Below are positions 37,951-49,250 of a stretch of DNA of 64,000 bases, piece by piece. The stretch is from Phoronis australis (lineage: Eukaryota > Animalia > Phoronida): positions 309,595-373,594 of the forward strand of contig NMRA01000048.1 of assembly GCA_002633005.1 (NCBI GenBank), given 5' to 3'. The notes below the pieces were generated by a model, which saw nothing but the letters and a program-made list of their open reading frames with translations, did not search any database and was not told the DNA's origin. Each line of letters opens with the position of its first letter. Position 1 is the first letter of the stretch. The position numbers and the translations under genes were made by a program.

Positions 37951-39599
37951 TGAAACTTTCCAGACTTAATATTTAGTCACCAATCTCAAAAACGCTGTTA
38001 GGATTTTTGATATAAAAGCTTAGTTTTTGTGTAATGTGGCAAAAACGAATACGACTTCAATTTTTTACAAAAATACCTTACGTTTTGCGAGTTTATTTGT
38101 CATAGAAACCAAACAAACAAACTAATCGAAAATTCCTAACAGCGTTTTTGAGGTAATTGATGAAGTTTTCATTTAAAAAAGGTTTCGTTAAAATCGACCG
38201 AGGGGTTATTTTGCTATGAATGTACCTTTCTTAAAAATGGAATTTTTACTTAAAAAAGGTTTTTACGTAAAAATAATAATGACAAATAAATACAAAAAGT
38301 ATATTTATATTTCCTGGTCTTTGTTCTTTCAGAAAATATATACTTTTACTAGTTGACAAAGCTTAGTTTTTTTGATATACGAGTTAGAACAGAGGCCACT
38401 AAATAAGGTTTGAAATAACCTTAAACTGAATTTAGCGGAGAATGTTAATATAATGTGAAGTTCTAATGGTGTATCGCAAAATGGCCGGCGAAGTACAAGG
38501 GCCTCAAACCTCACTTTTCTAAAATGCGAATAACGGGCAACAATTTATGAAAAGTTCATATTTTTCTGAACTTCAGTCATATCCGCTACACAAAAACCCA
38601 TCGTTTTTTTTTCTAAATGCTGAAAACAAAGTCGCACATTATTAGTTTTAGCACGTAATATAATTAAAGATGTTGTCGAGTGATCCATTCCACAGTACGG
38701 CCTTGCGCAACTATTCTTAGCTATGTTATCGAACGGCGAGAACTGCGGTTGACCTCGAAATTGCGGTTTTATCGTTAAAACACGTTACGATAACAATTAT
38801 CTGAGGTTCACAGTACAAACTATAAGTCAATGAATTGAATCACCAGTTTCATTTACGGGTTTAAAAAGCTATTACACGATAATTGTATTTGATGTTAGTT
38901 CGACATTTTAAAAAATTGAATGCTGGGATATTTTTCGGCAAACATTTGAGATTAGTACTTTTGGGTTCCGTAAGACGCCCAAAACTACACCCTTGGTGTC
39001 GGCCATTCACGAAAATGAATAGTCTAGAATGTGATTTTGGTGTCACGCAACAAAACGAAGGCCTGACAATTCGCAAGGTCAATGGTGTTCTAAATATGCC
39101 CGTAGAAACAGCTACACAAATAACATCGAAGTTGCAACAGGGTTGTTTCAAGCCATACTTCGCTTTCATTTGCTGGTGCCTTGCGCCACCCTGCCTTCAA
39201 TGGCAAGACAGTGTGCCACACTGGCTAATCCTCGGTCAAAATTTTCACATCCAGCATTACTATTTCTTGTTCATCGTTATTCGCATGTATTGGGAAAAAT
39301 AAACCTACAACATCAAGCACGAGTATCCTCATAGTGCATGGAATATCAAACGATTAGATGTGTTATGTCTTTATTATTCCCGTGAATGTCGTAACACAAG
39401 AAGCAAGTAATTTGTCAAACAGAACTCTTCTTTCAATAGTGAATAAAATCACCGATCGCTTGAAGTTGCTTGTTTCGTATAATTAGTAATTCGTAGACTA
39501 GCAAAAACTAATTTCGTATCCACTTTTAATTTCACTTTTAAAAATTTAGTCTGTAATCACCTTTGTTCTTGTTTCTTCTTATAAGCGAACTACTGTCTC

Positions 39600-39890
39600 T
39601 GTCCAACCTCCATGTCGGTATTGTGCTTGTTATTACACGAAATATACATCTCGTCACACGTTCAAGCACACAAATAGAATCAAAGTGCACACTTCTCACC
39701 ATCTGAACGTTGCTCTGACAGACTCTTGACAAGGACAATGCTGAATAACTGCCTCGCCGGCCATCGGAAGGTATTGATACACATGGGCGGCGCAGCACTG
39801 AAATAAGTGAGGGTATAATGTCTGCCACTAAACAGTCCGAACAGAAGTGGTGTGGAAATGGAACACACTAACCCTCTGTCGATTATATTT
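39600..39890 (-). pseudogene. Decayed RING/B-box fragment paralogous to the N-terminus of the 40204-41580 gene
   Basis: atggaacacactaaccctctgtcgattat (39858) vs atggaacacactaactctctgtccattat (41516). Frame-shifted remnants IIDRGLVCSI, HHFCSDCL, RRP..SIPSDG and TCDEMYISC, with stops and deletions. Confidence 0.8.
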
Positions 39891-40203
39891 GCCCATAGAG
39901 GTTGCACCTGGCCAAAATATTTGCATTTTGGAGATTGATGTTTTGTATAGACAACAGACGTGACGTCTTTGTGAACGCTCATTTTAAGCGGCTAATTTGC
40001 CCAATCGGACGTCTTCTCCATACACAATTCTACAGCAGAACGCAAAGTAAGAGAGGAACATAATCTGCAGTGAATGATACATTAAGGAGTCAAGTCTAGA
40101 TGAGGATCGGTCTCTGCCTCCTCAATCTTTTCAGTGCACGAAGTGACCATCCCAGTATGTTTCATTCTACAGTCTCCAATTCACCAACCTACCAGTTTGA
40201 CGC

Positions 40204-41580
40204 CTATCGGCGTTTCTTATTTCTTCTATTCTTTGTTTTCGTGGAGTTCGTTTGCTGGTTTCCATTACTCCCGCTGTTCGGCCTCAAAGATTGCGCTGTA
40301 GCACATCCTTCTCGTGGTGGTCGTTCATTTTTCTGTTGGTTGACGAGTACATCAGAAATTTGTGGGAAAATATAAACAAAGTGTGTGTTTGGTCTCGCGT
40401 TCCGAAATAGCTCCTCACAACAAGACGCCCATTCGTTAATATTGTAAACTTTTTCACCAACACAAAAATGAAAATCACGTTGAAATCCATACATTCTCAC
40501 TTTCAACCACGCCTCGCCAGTGGTTGCCTTGTGCGTTACTCCACACTGCACGCAGAAGTACCAGCACGACAAACCAGTGAACAGTGCGCGGTGAAACTCT
40601 TTACATTTCCTGCAAGGAATCAGTATGACCTGTTCATAGCTTCTTTCGCGTGAGCTTGTGCCATACCACACACGTCTTAGGAGAACCATCGGAAAATCAA
40701 AACATATCAAACGTATTGCTGCCAACATGATTGCGCATGTAGTGAAAAATAAAGAAATCAAAGCATACAGCAGCTCCTTTGTTTCAGAAGATTTCTGTTT
40801 ACCTTCTCCATAAAGCCGTAAATATTGAACCTCAGGCATGACAATGTGGTCACTGCAAGTGTTTCCGAGGTTCTCACTGCTTGTCTCGTCAATGTCATCG
40901 ATAGGCAACATGGCTGCAGGCCCACTAATAATTGCCTGTTCTAAATCGTCGTCCAAATACGTAACCAATTCATTCAATCTCTTTGCCGACTTTAGTATGT
41001 CTGATGTTTTGTCATGTACTTTAAGTTCAGAAATTTCATTTGTTAAATCGTCAACTCTTGTCTCAAAATTTCTTTTTACGTGTAAATCAAGTCGAGATCT
41101 CATTTTTGACGTGACCTTGTGCAATTTAGAAACAAGACGTCGTTCATGTATTTCAGTTACTTTTTCAATGCGGACAATTTTGTGACAGTTCGTCTCGTTT
41201 TGGTGTTGTTTCTTACATGAAATGCATATCATCGTGTTATCACACGTTAAACACACCAGCCTGGCTATGCACTCGTGACAACGATCACATCGTTCCCGAT
41301 TTGGATGTTGCTTCACTGAGTCCACCAAATTCTTTACAATGACATTACAGAGAAATTGTTTAGGACCGTCTGGAGGGATTGCTATAGGACGTCGGCAAAT
41401 CGGACAAGGGTAGTAGCCATCACGTGACCTGGCCTGGACGTCTTTCTCCAGACAGTCTAAGCAGAAGTCGTGTCCACATTCGAGCGAGCGTGGATTTGAA
41501 AAGATTTCCGTACATATGGAACACACTAACTCTCTGTCCATTATTTCTTCTTGCTCTTCTCTCAAATTACATGCAGCCAT
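40204..41580 (-). CDS. TRIM-like RING/B-box/coiled-coil E3 ligase with hydrophobic segment and C-terminal Jiv90 (DNAJC14-type) domain, 458 aa, single coding exon
   Basis: C3HC4 RING aa20-62; B-box-like aa98-133; helical region ~140-215; hydrophobic aa270-301; Jiv90 aa~320-404 (CRKCKEFHR...CVQCGVTHKATTGEAW...MYG...KVYNINEWASC...PNTHFV); basic tail. Candidate 5'UTR acceptor ttttttacag at 41600-41609. Confidence 0.92.
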   Translation of the reverse strand: MAACNLREEQEEIMDRELVCSICTEIFSNPRSLECGHDFCLDCLEKDVQARSRDGYYPCPICRRPIAIPPDGPKQFLCNVIVKNLVDSVKQHPNRERCDRCHECIARLVCLTCDNTMICISCKKQHQNETNCHKIVRIEKVTEIHERRLVSKLHKVTSKMRSRLDLHVKRNFETRVDDLTNEISELKVHDKTSDILKSAKRLNELVTYLDDDLEQAIISGPAAMLPIDDIDETSSENLGNTCSDHIVMPEVQYLRLYGEGKQKSSETKELLYALISLFFTTCAIMLAAIRLICFDFPMVLLRRVWYGTSSRERSYEQVILIPCRKCKEFHRALFTGLSCWYFCVQCGVTHKATTGEAWLKVRMYGFQRDFHFCVGEKVYNINEWASCCEELFRNARPNTHFVYIFPQISDVLVNQQKNERPPREGCATAQSLRPNSGSNGNQQTNSTKTKNRRNKKRR

Positions 41581-42516
41581 TTTCGACGTTCAGCTTTAGC
41601 TGTAAAAAACGACATCATTGAAAAAGATCGACTTCACACACTAGGATGGCTCAAAATGGAACCTAAACAGGGAAGTGTACAGGCAGCCGAGGGGCTACCT
41701 GCTTAAAATTCTATTCTTTGAAAGTCATAAGGGATTTCAGCAGAAGAATGAAAGCAGCCTGAAAGTGAAACAAAAAATGACTAAATAACTATAGGGCAAT
41801 AAAGTAGAGTATTGGGATAAGTTTATCTACATTACGGATTAAATACAGCTAAATGAAATAACATGACCTCTTACCGCTGTTTAGTCGATGAACATGGCCG
41901 TCACAACCAAAAGGCATGCCGAAAGGTGGCGATACCTAATTCTAATGATTTTGGTTTATGTTTTGTGTCAGACAGTACAACCTAATGAGACAAATTGGTA
42001 CCGCCGCCTGAAGCAGTCTAGGTGAGACGGTGATCATGCCATAGCCGCCATACTGGGACGTTTTTCGGCTCATTATGCCTCACACCAGGACTGGTTATCT
42101 CTTCCTGCACACACCGGATTAAATCGTGAAAGTCGTGTTGTGGTACTTTTGCCGCATAGATCGAGGGACACCTCAAGAGGTCGTTGGTGTCTTTAACTCT
42201 TCCTAACACGGCCAAATACGTTAGCAATCAGCCTTTTTCTCGAGCAATTTTTCGTTCAGACATCTATACCTGCAAATGGCCGTTTTTGCAATGCTTCTAA
42301 AGCATGACATGTAATTTTGATTTTATGAGTAAGAACAAAGTAGATATAGTAATTGTATTCTGCGTCATAATGCTTGCGCAATAGTCATTAAGACAGAAAT
42401 TGCGCAAACAACGACAAAATTCGACTATTTACAGCAAGGAATGGTAGAATTTAGTTTGGGTAACCAACTAAATTCCATAGAGAAGATAAAACCGTACTCA
42501 CTCATGACAGCGTTTT

Positions 42517-43576
42517 CATTACGGCGTTTTCCCGTTGCTCCCAACTTGTTCGATTCTATAGCCCAACAACAAGTTGGGAAGTTTATCCCCGTAGCCAATA
42601 TCTTACACCACTGATTAACTCCATTCTGGCATTGATGGTTGGAGGGCTAGCTTTCTTTTGTTCGATAATTGCTCAGGCTCTAATCTCCAAGAAGATCCTA
42701 TCTACCCAGAGTGGGTTGTGCTGTTAAAAGTTAAGGTATAACATATTTGAACATAAACCAATAGCATTTCTGAAATCTCCGTCAAATGGTGATCTAGTTT
42801 TTGAATAGCCAAAATCTCCCAACTGCAACCGAAATTACGACAATCTATTCTTTACGAATACACCAATTCACTCTGAGTTTGATTGTGTTCAACGTGGTCT
42901 GTAATAAGCCTGGTAGATAATTGGCCTGCCTGTTGTCGTAAAAGACAAAAGTTTGTGCTTGGCAGTTAACAAAGAAGCTAGATGTTATCACACGCTCAGA
43001 ACTGAACCCCCTACGTATGGTAAAGAGACTGAACGGGAAAACGCAGTCATGTTCCCGTTCAGGGATTTTACCAGAAGAAGGGGGTTCTGAGCGTGTGATA
43101 ACATCTAGCTTCTTTGTTAACTGCCAAGCACAGTCTTTTGTCTGTTATGACAACGGGCACGCCAATTATCTACCAGGCTTATTAAAGACCACGTGTGAAC
43201 ACCGTCAAACCCAGAGTGAATTGGTATACATTCGGAAAGAATAGATTATTGTAACTTCGGTTGCAGTTGGGAGATTTTGGTGATTCAAAAACTAAACATG
43301 ACCACCATTTGACGAGGATTTCAGTAATGCTATTGGTTTATGTTCGAATTAGTTATAACTTAACTTTTATTTTTAACAGCACAGTCCAGTCAGGCTAGAT
43401 ACGATATTGTTGAAGATTAGAGCAGTTATCGAACAAGAGAGAGCTGGCCCTCCAACCATAAATTCCAGAATGGAATTAACCAGTCGTGTAAGATATGCCT
43501 ACAGGGTTGTTCTTCCCAACTTGTTGTTGGGCTGTAGAATCCAACAACATGGGAGTAACGGGAAAACGCCGTAATG
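42517..43576. mobile_element. ~1.06-kb fold-back (long inverted repeat, ~510-bp arms, short centre)
   Basis: cattacggcgttttcccgtt (42517) pairs with aacgggaaaacgccgtaatg (ends 43576); gcagttaacaaagaagctagatgttatcacacgctcagaa (42962) pairs with ttctgagcgtgtgataacatctagcttctttgttaactgc (43085). Confidence 0.93.
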
Positions 43577-44229
43577 CGTCCACACTGTCGACTTCCCTCA
43601 CCAACCCACGTGGACAGTGCTTCCACCGAAACTACTTAAAATTAGTTAGTGACTGCAGTAACTCGTAACGTCTTATCGTAGGCAGGCCCTCAATTAACGA
43701 ACATAGTTACACGTCTCTACCACCATTTAGGACCCAATTGCAACATAAAGGAAATAACAGTATTAGTCATAGTATCCGTCCTTTGATGTTATGCTAAGAG
43801 CACTAGGCTCCTATAAGGACACTCACATTCAACTAGTCAGGGATGGACATAATTGGGTGGGATTATCGTTCTTACTCATGAGATCAAATGTTCATGCTAT
43901 GCTTTACAAGCATTTATGAATTCGTAAGAACGGTAGTAATTATAATAATTGCATGTTTAAAGCTTCATTGTTAACACTTTATTTTACAAACTCTGGGTCT
44001 TAGTGCGTGGGAGCTCAGTCTGTGGTAAAATTTTGAAAGTGTTAACATGGCCCAATTGGCACAGGCTGTTATCTGCCGTACGTGCAGAGGCACCTAAATG
44101 CCTGGCTTTTGAAACTGAAGCAGCTATATAGTTAAATGTGCTTCGAAAATTGAAGTATCAGTTCCGGTTGCAGCCATCTCTTTGAGCCATCGTCCTATAG
44201 AACACGCCACAACCTTTTGAGGTCTGCGA

Positions 44230-45200
44230 AGGTTGTTGTTGGTGTTTGACTACCCCCTTCTTTTCACGTGAAAAGGGGCCCCTTCATGCAGAAAGGGTTA
44301 TGGCTTGGTTGGCCCGTTGGTCTTTGTTATCAGTTCCCAAGGTGAGCTTTGATATTTCGGCTCTGCTTCCGGAACATGTAGTGCCTTGTAAAACGTGCGA
44401 CCACACAGTGCTGATGACCTTGGCGTTGGCTGCTATCAAATCACCTTCCTTCTTTGTGTCTTACAGCACTCGTGACAGGGCGTTTCATTTGTCTGCTATA
44501 CGAGATAGCAGTACTGGTTTGGACAATGAACACCACGGACTGTTCCACCTAGCAAAAGAGCCTCTTCGGGTCAGCTTTTTCTCCCTTACACTAGGCTCTC
44601 TCTAGTTTTTGCCAAAGGGTGCCCAGCGGGCCCTGCTGCTGCACTTATTTGTAACTGTCGTCCGCAACGGACACTGGCTTGTGAGCCGGCGGTGGCACTA
44701 AATCTAGCACATCCTCGTCGCAGGGCGTCGATCACTGTGAGCTCTGGTTAGTGTCATTGTCCGACAATGCGTGTGATAGTAGGGATTCTGTCAGAGCTGT
44801 ACTGGACAAATTCTCAGTAAATTGCTTGACGTCAATGAATGCCCCCTGACGACTGCACCGATTTAACTGCAACCAGATGGTCAAATCTAGCCACCTTAGT
44901 AGGTGAGTTATATGAGCCACCCTCCGAGTAGGAGAATTAGTGACCAGAGGCTGTGCTACCACTCTCACCCTGATCACATGTCTCCTGGGAGCTGGCTTCT
45001 CGATAGGAATCACCGTCAACAACGTTGAAGACTGACCCCAGGCATACAATGTCCTCTGGGACTGAGTCCTGATCATGCACTGGCAGTCACGGAGGGGAGT
45101 CATTACAAGGGGATGTACCGCCGTGTGCTGGTACACCGCCAGACACAGATAAACTGATGTCAGCATCTAAAACACTTGCATTCACTTCACTTGCTGCCAT
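44230..45200 (-). mobile_element. Degenerate DIRS-like retroelement ORF1 (gag-like) remnant
   Basis: Minus-strand translation GPLGTLWQKLERA*...RLFC*VEQSVVFIVQTSTAISYSR..NALSRVL resembles recalled DIRS ORF1 (GPLxxLW...EQSVxLxGQxxxxISYxRR); many stops. Confidence 0.5.
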
Positions 45201-47647
45201 AATGACAGCAAACTTACCCCACCAAGGTGGATGTATGAATTTAGAATAGGAATTTTTCGATTAGGGTCTTGTAAAATAGGCGAATTGAAGATACGTGCGC
45301 AAGTATTCTGACGCAGAATGTTATTATTTTAACTACCTTCTGTTCTTACGAAATGATTTTGGAAATTTTTGTTAAAATAATTGATTATTTCTCAAAAAGG
45401 CTTGCCAGATTCTTGTTCTGAAGTGACAGATACCACTTTTAATTAAGTTTGTGTTACATGATGTATCAGTCGATGCTTTGTTTCTCTAAATTACATACAG
45501 AAAATGTTAACAGTGTCACAGTAACAAGTTGAATTTTGGCACAAATCACCGCAAAATTTATTTCACTAGCAAATAATTGCTAAACGTAAATAACAATAAG
45601 CAGGAATTGTTGGTCTTTACACACGCCATGTTGGTCACATTACGTGAGTGAATAGATCTCTGTTTCGATCGGGGTTTGACTCCAGACTTTCTGCTAACGT
45701 GGCTGATGGGATTCAAATAAAACTTTAGGATATTGCGCCTTATGCACTTTTCCCCAAGAGCTTTTAGAGGTTGTTGTTTTTGGATTGCATGAGGCGCTAG
45801 CCAAAAGTAGTAGTTCCATGAAAACCGTAAACAGTGCATAAAACGAAAAAAGTGTGGCGTAGAAAACAGTATCATCGTTTATGAGATTTCGTCTTGAATG
45901 TTTACATCAAAAGAAAATTGGTCGCGTTATCTTAATAACAACGGTGTTAAAACACCGTTGATTTGCTATGAGTGTATCTCTCTTTTAATTAAAAATCTCT
46001 TTTTCCGGGATATTGTTAAAAATTTGGTCAAGTGAACCAGATTGGCCCGTTAGGTCAAAATATGCTGACTTTCTACTTTCATGCAATATAATACTTTTAG
46101 AAAGTTAAATTGCAGTTTTGTCGATTTGACTAAAGGTGAGGTCCCACATAAATGTACGTCCTGACATTAATGTTTGGAGTAACTTTTATTTTATCCCATA
46201 AATGTGTGAATACAGCCACGTAATACGCCGTGAAATACGCTATTGAATACTGGAAAGTAGTACCAATCCGTATTCAAAGGTTGAGACCGTATTTCACGGT
46301 TGGGGTACAGTATCCTGGTGGAGTAAATTCCCGTCCACGAAGGCAAATTTTGTTAGTCTTGTTCACTTGGCCCTCAAAATTCACTAAAGATGTAGTTCCT
46401 GGAAAATTTTCACTGTTCTAAAAACTATAAGCAAAGATTTTCCGACGAGAATTCCGCCGCAAGGTGATCGGGGTGTAGTTCTTAAGCGCTGCTATTCTTA
46501 ATCTGTGTCATCAAACATAGATTAATTTGCCTATACATGAACGTACACAACAGAATCAGGCAAGAATTTATTTCGAATCAAACGAAAACGTTATGTTATG
46601 AATGCATACTTGTGCGTTCCCGGCCATGCAGTTCAAGTGTTCAGTCCGGTCTTCTGGGCAAATTCTGCCGTTTGTCGGAGTGACGCAGTCGGGTCCTACA
46701 GTTTTTGGAGCTTCATCGCACTGGGCCATGTCTAGCACCTTAAGATGTCGAAGGTAGGGCAGCACCTGTAGTAGGTTTTCAGGTGTTTGGGGGCCAGTAC
46801 AACACCACACGGGCACTAATCTGTGATTTTCAGGCGATACGGGTGGGAAAGGAGCTGACAGCGGCCAGTTCTCCGCCTAAAGATGGCGACTTGTTATTAC
46901 CGGTCTAGTTAGTTGATATAGCCTTCTTCAGTCCGAAGACGTAGACGTTAACTCCAGGCATTTCTTAAGTGGCTTCATAGCAAAGTCTATACCTCTCCAT
47001 TGATGGGTGGGTTATTATGTTCCAGTTTGCTTCCTGCCTTAGTGAGTGCTTCCTCGTTTCCGCTGATATTGCAGTGGGGGAACCCCTTGCAGCAAAACAG
47101 TGGTTGTGTTGCTGAAAATTATCTCTGCTTGATGTATTGCCAAAATCTGGTCTCTTCCTCTCATCTGGAGATCGGCAGCCTGTGAGGAAGACTGTCTGAT
47201 CCAGCAGTCTTGTTTGCTGGTTTAGTGTCTGGGCTGCGAGGTACGCGGAGTTTGCCTCAGGTCGGTAGTTGGTGGAGTGAAAGCCTGTGGCGATGGGCTT
47301 GCGTAGAGAGCTGCCGTCTGGGTATATGATTAATGCCCCACCTCTCTCATTTCTAACAGCATTCTCAGCAGAGCTATCTGTACAGACTTGGGTCCAGGTC
47401 GTGGTGCGGTAGTTTCTGTCCTGTTTTTCCAGGATCAGGGGCCTTCAAAACCGCCCCAGTGTCTGCTTCGCTCCAGTCCCAGGGAAGTTAAGGACGATGG
47501 AGGAGCGTCCAGTGACCATTGCACAACGCCATGGAGAATTTGTAGTGGGTAATGGTTGAGGGTAGGTGCTGGTTGGTGTATCTGCTGAAGCACCTTGATT
47601 AGGTGGTTTGGGCTCTGCCTCTTGATGCGGTTTTTGGTTGGTGCTTA

Positions 47648-49250
47648 TAGTCTAGACGCATTTCCTGCAAAGAGCCCTGTATAAGGTTCTAGAAGCATTT
47701 TTTAGTAAAAGTTGGGAACAAGACTTTTTCACACAATCAAGGTATGGCGAATTCAACTAACCCTGTTCCCAAGCCGAATTTTGCATTTTTGACCATCTAA
47801 TTTGCATAAACAAAATGGCGGCCAAATAGTCAAGTTCAGATGTATTTTTGTAATACAAATCACCATATACCATTTAAAAAGGTGAAATGTCTCACCTGTA
47901 TACTTCTAATAAATACTTCTTGAGCAATAAATCACTTATCAATACTAAAAAATGCAACTCTGAAAACTAATTATGCAAATTAGGTGCCGCCATTACCATA
48001 CAATGTAATTTGCGTCTTAAGTTTGTGTTCCTGCAGGCTAACTTGAAAAATGAGGTGTTTATACTTATATTTTCATGGTCAACAAACATGCTAAAGACAT
48101 TTTTGGAGCAATTTATTTCATATTTATTGGGTTATAGATGTATACTTACAGAATGTGGAAAAAATAGTCTTTAATCTGCAATGCTCGTCAAGCAAGGTGT
48201 CACTATTTTGATGGAAAATAGGACAAATGTTCACACTATCCCGTTATCTTCCATTCATAAAAAATCAATATAGTTATTGTTATTGAAGGCATTAAATTCT
48301 CAGTTGCATGAATTGTTTTCAGGCCTGCTGAACACAGTTTTAGCATTCACTTTTTGGTACTTTTTAACATGCCTAAAGCCAGGCAAATCAAACTGTTTGC
48401 ATACAAGGAATCTGATCATCATTGTGCTGCTGGCATGAGCATAATAATATGCATTGAAATCCATATTTCTTGCATTTGCATTGTCTGCTGTTGCGTTGTT
48501 TCTGGCATGCACATAATACCATCTCTAGGCAGCTGTCTGGGATAGAACTATGTGTCATCAGTATGGGCTGCAAGCATAAGTTTGTGTGTNNNNNNNNNNN
48601 NNNNNNNNNNNNNNNNNNNNNNNNNNNNNNNNNNNNNNNNNNNNNNNNNNNNNNNNNNNNNNNNNNNNNNNNNNNNNNNNNNNNNNNNNNNNNNNNNNNN
48701 NNNNNNNNNNNNNNNNNNNNNNNNNNNNNNNNNNNNNNNNNNNNNNNNNNNNNNNNNNNNNNNNNNNNNNNNNNNNNNNNNNNNNNNNNNNNNNNNNNNN
48801 NNNNNNNNNNNNNNNNNNNNNNNNNNNNNNNNNNNNNNNNNNNNNNNNNNNNNNNNNNNNNNNNNNNNNNNNNNNNNNNNNNNNNNNNNNNNNNNNNNNN
48901 NNNNNNNNNNNNNNNNNNNNNNNNNNNNNNNNNNNNNNNNNNNNNNNNNNNNNNNNNNNNNNNNNNNNNNNNNNNNNNNNNNNNNNNNNNNNNNNNNNNN
49001 NNNNNNNNNNNNNNNNNNNNNNNNNNNNNNNNNNNNNNNNNNNNNNNNNNNNNNNNNNNNNNNNNNNNNNNNNNNNNNNNNNNNNNNNNNNNTTTGTTTA
49101 TGCAAATTAGATGGTCAAAAACTCAAAATCCAGCTTGGGAACAGGCATAATCGAAATCAGCACACCATAATTATGCTAAAAAGATAGATTCTCCACTTTT
49201 ACTAAAAAATGCCTCTAACATGCACATTTTCCAGAAAAGCGTCTAGACTA
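47648..49250 (-). mobile_element. Academ-like DNA transposon remnant (contains an assembly gap)
   Basis: Long TIRs TAGTCTAGACGC...GCGTCTAGACTA (~165 bp of pairing); 3-bp TSD TTA (47645-47647, 49251-49253); internal ORF 48388-48573 PDSCLEMVLCACQK..CKCKKYGFQCILLCSC resembles the Cys-rich C-terminus of Academ transposases. Confidence 0.78.
48590..49092. other. Assembly gap
   Basis: Run of N. Confidence 1.

Noticed and set aside
30059-41185. Short overlapping or antisense ORFs inside the P450 and TRIM genes
   Set aside because: Shadows of real coding sequence with no independent motifs.
40204-41580. Calling the ORF DNAJC14
   Set aside because: No J domain or HPD motif, and the N-terminus is RING/B-box; only the Jiv90 region (and perhaps the basic tail) is shared.
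27720-49187. Long ORFs made of X residues
   Set aside because: Artefacts of translating N gaps.
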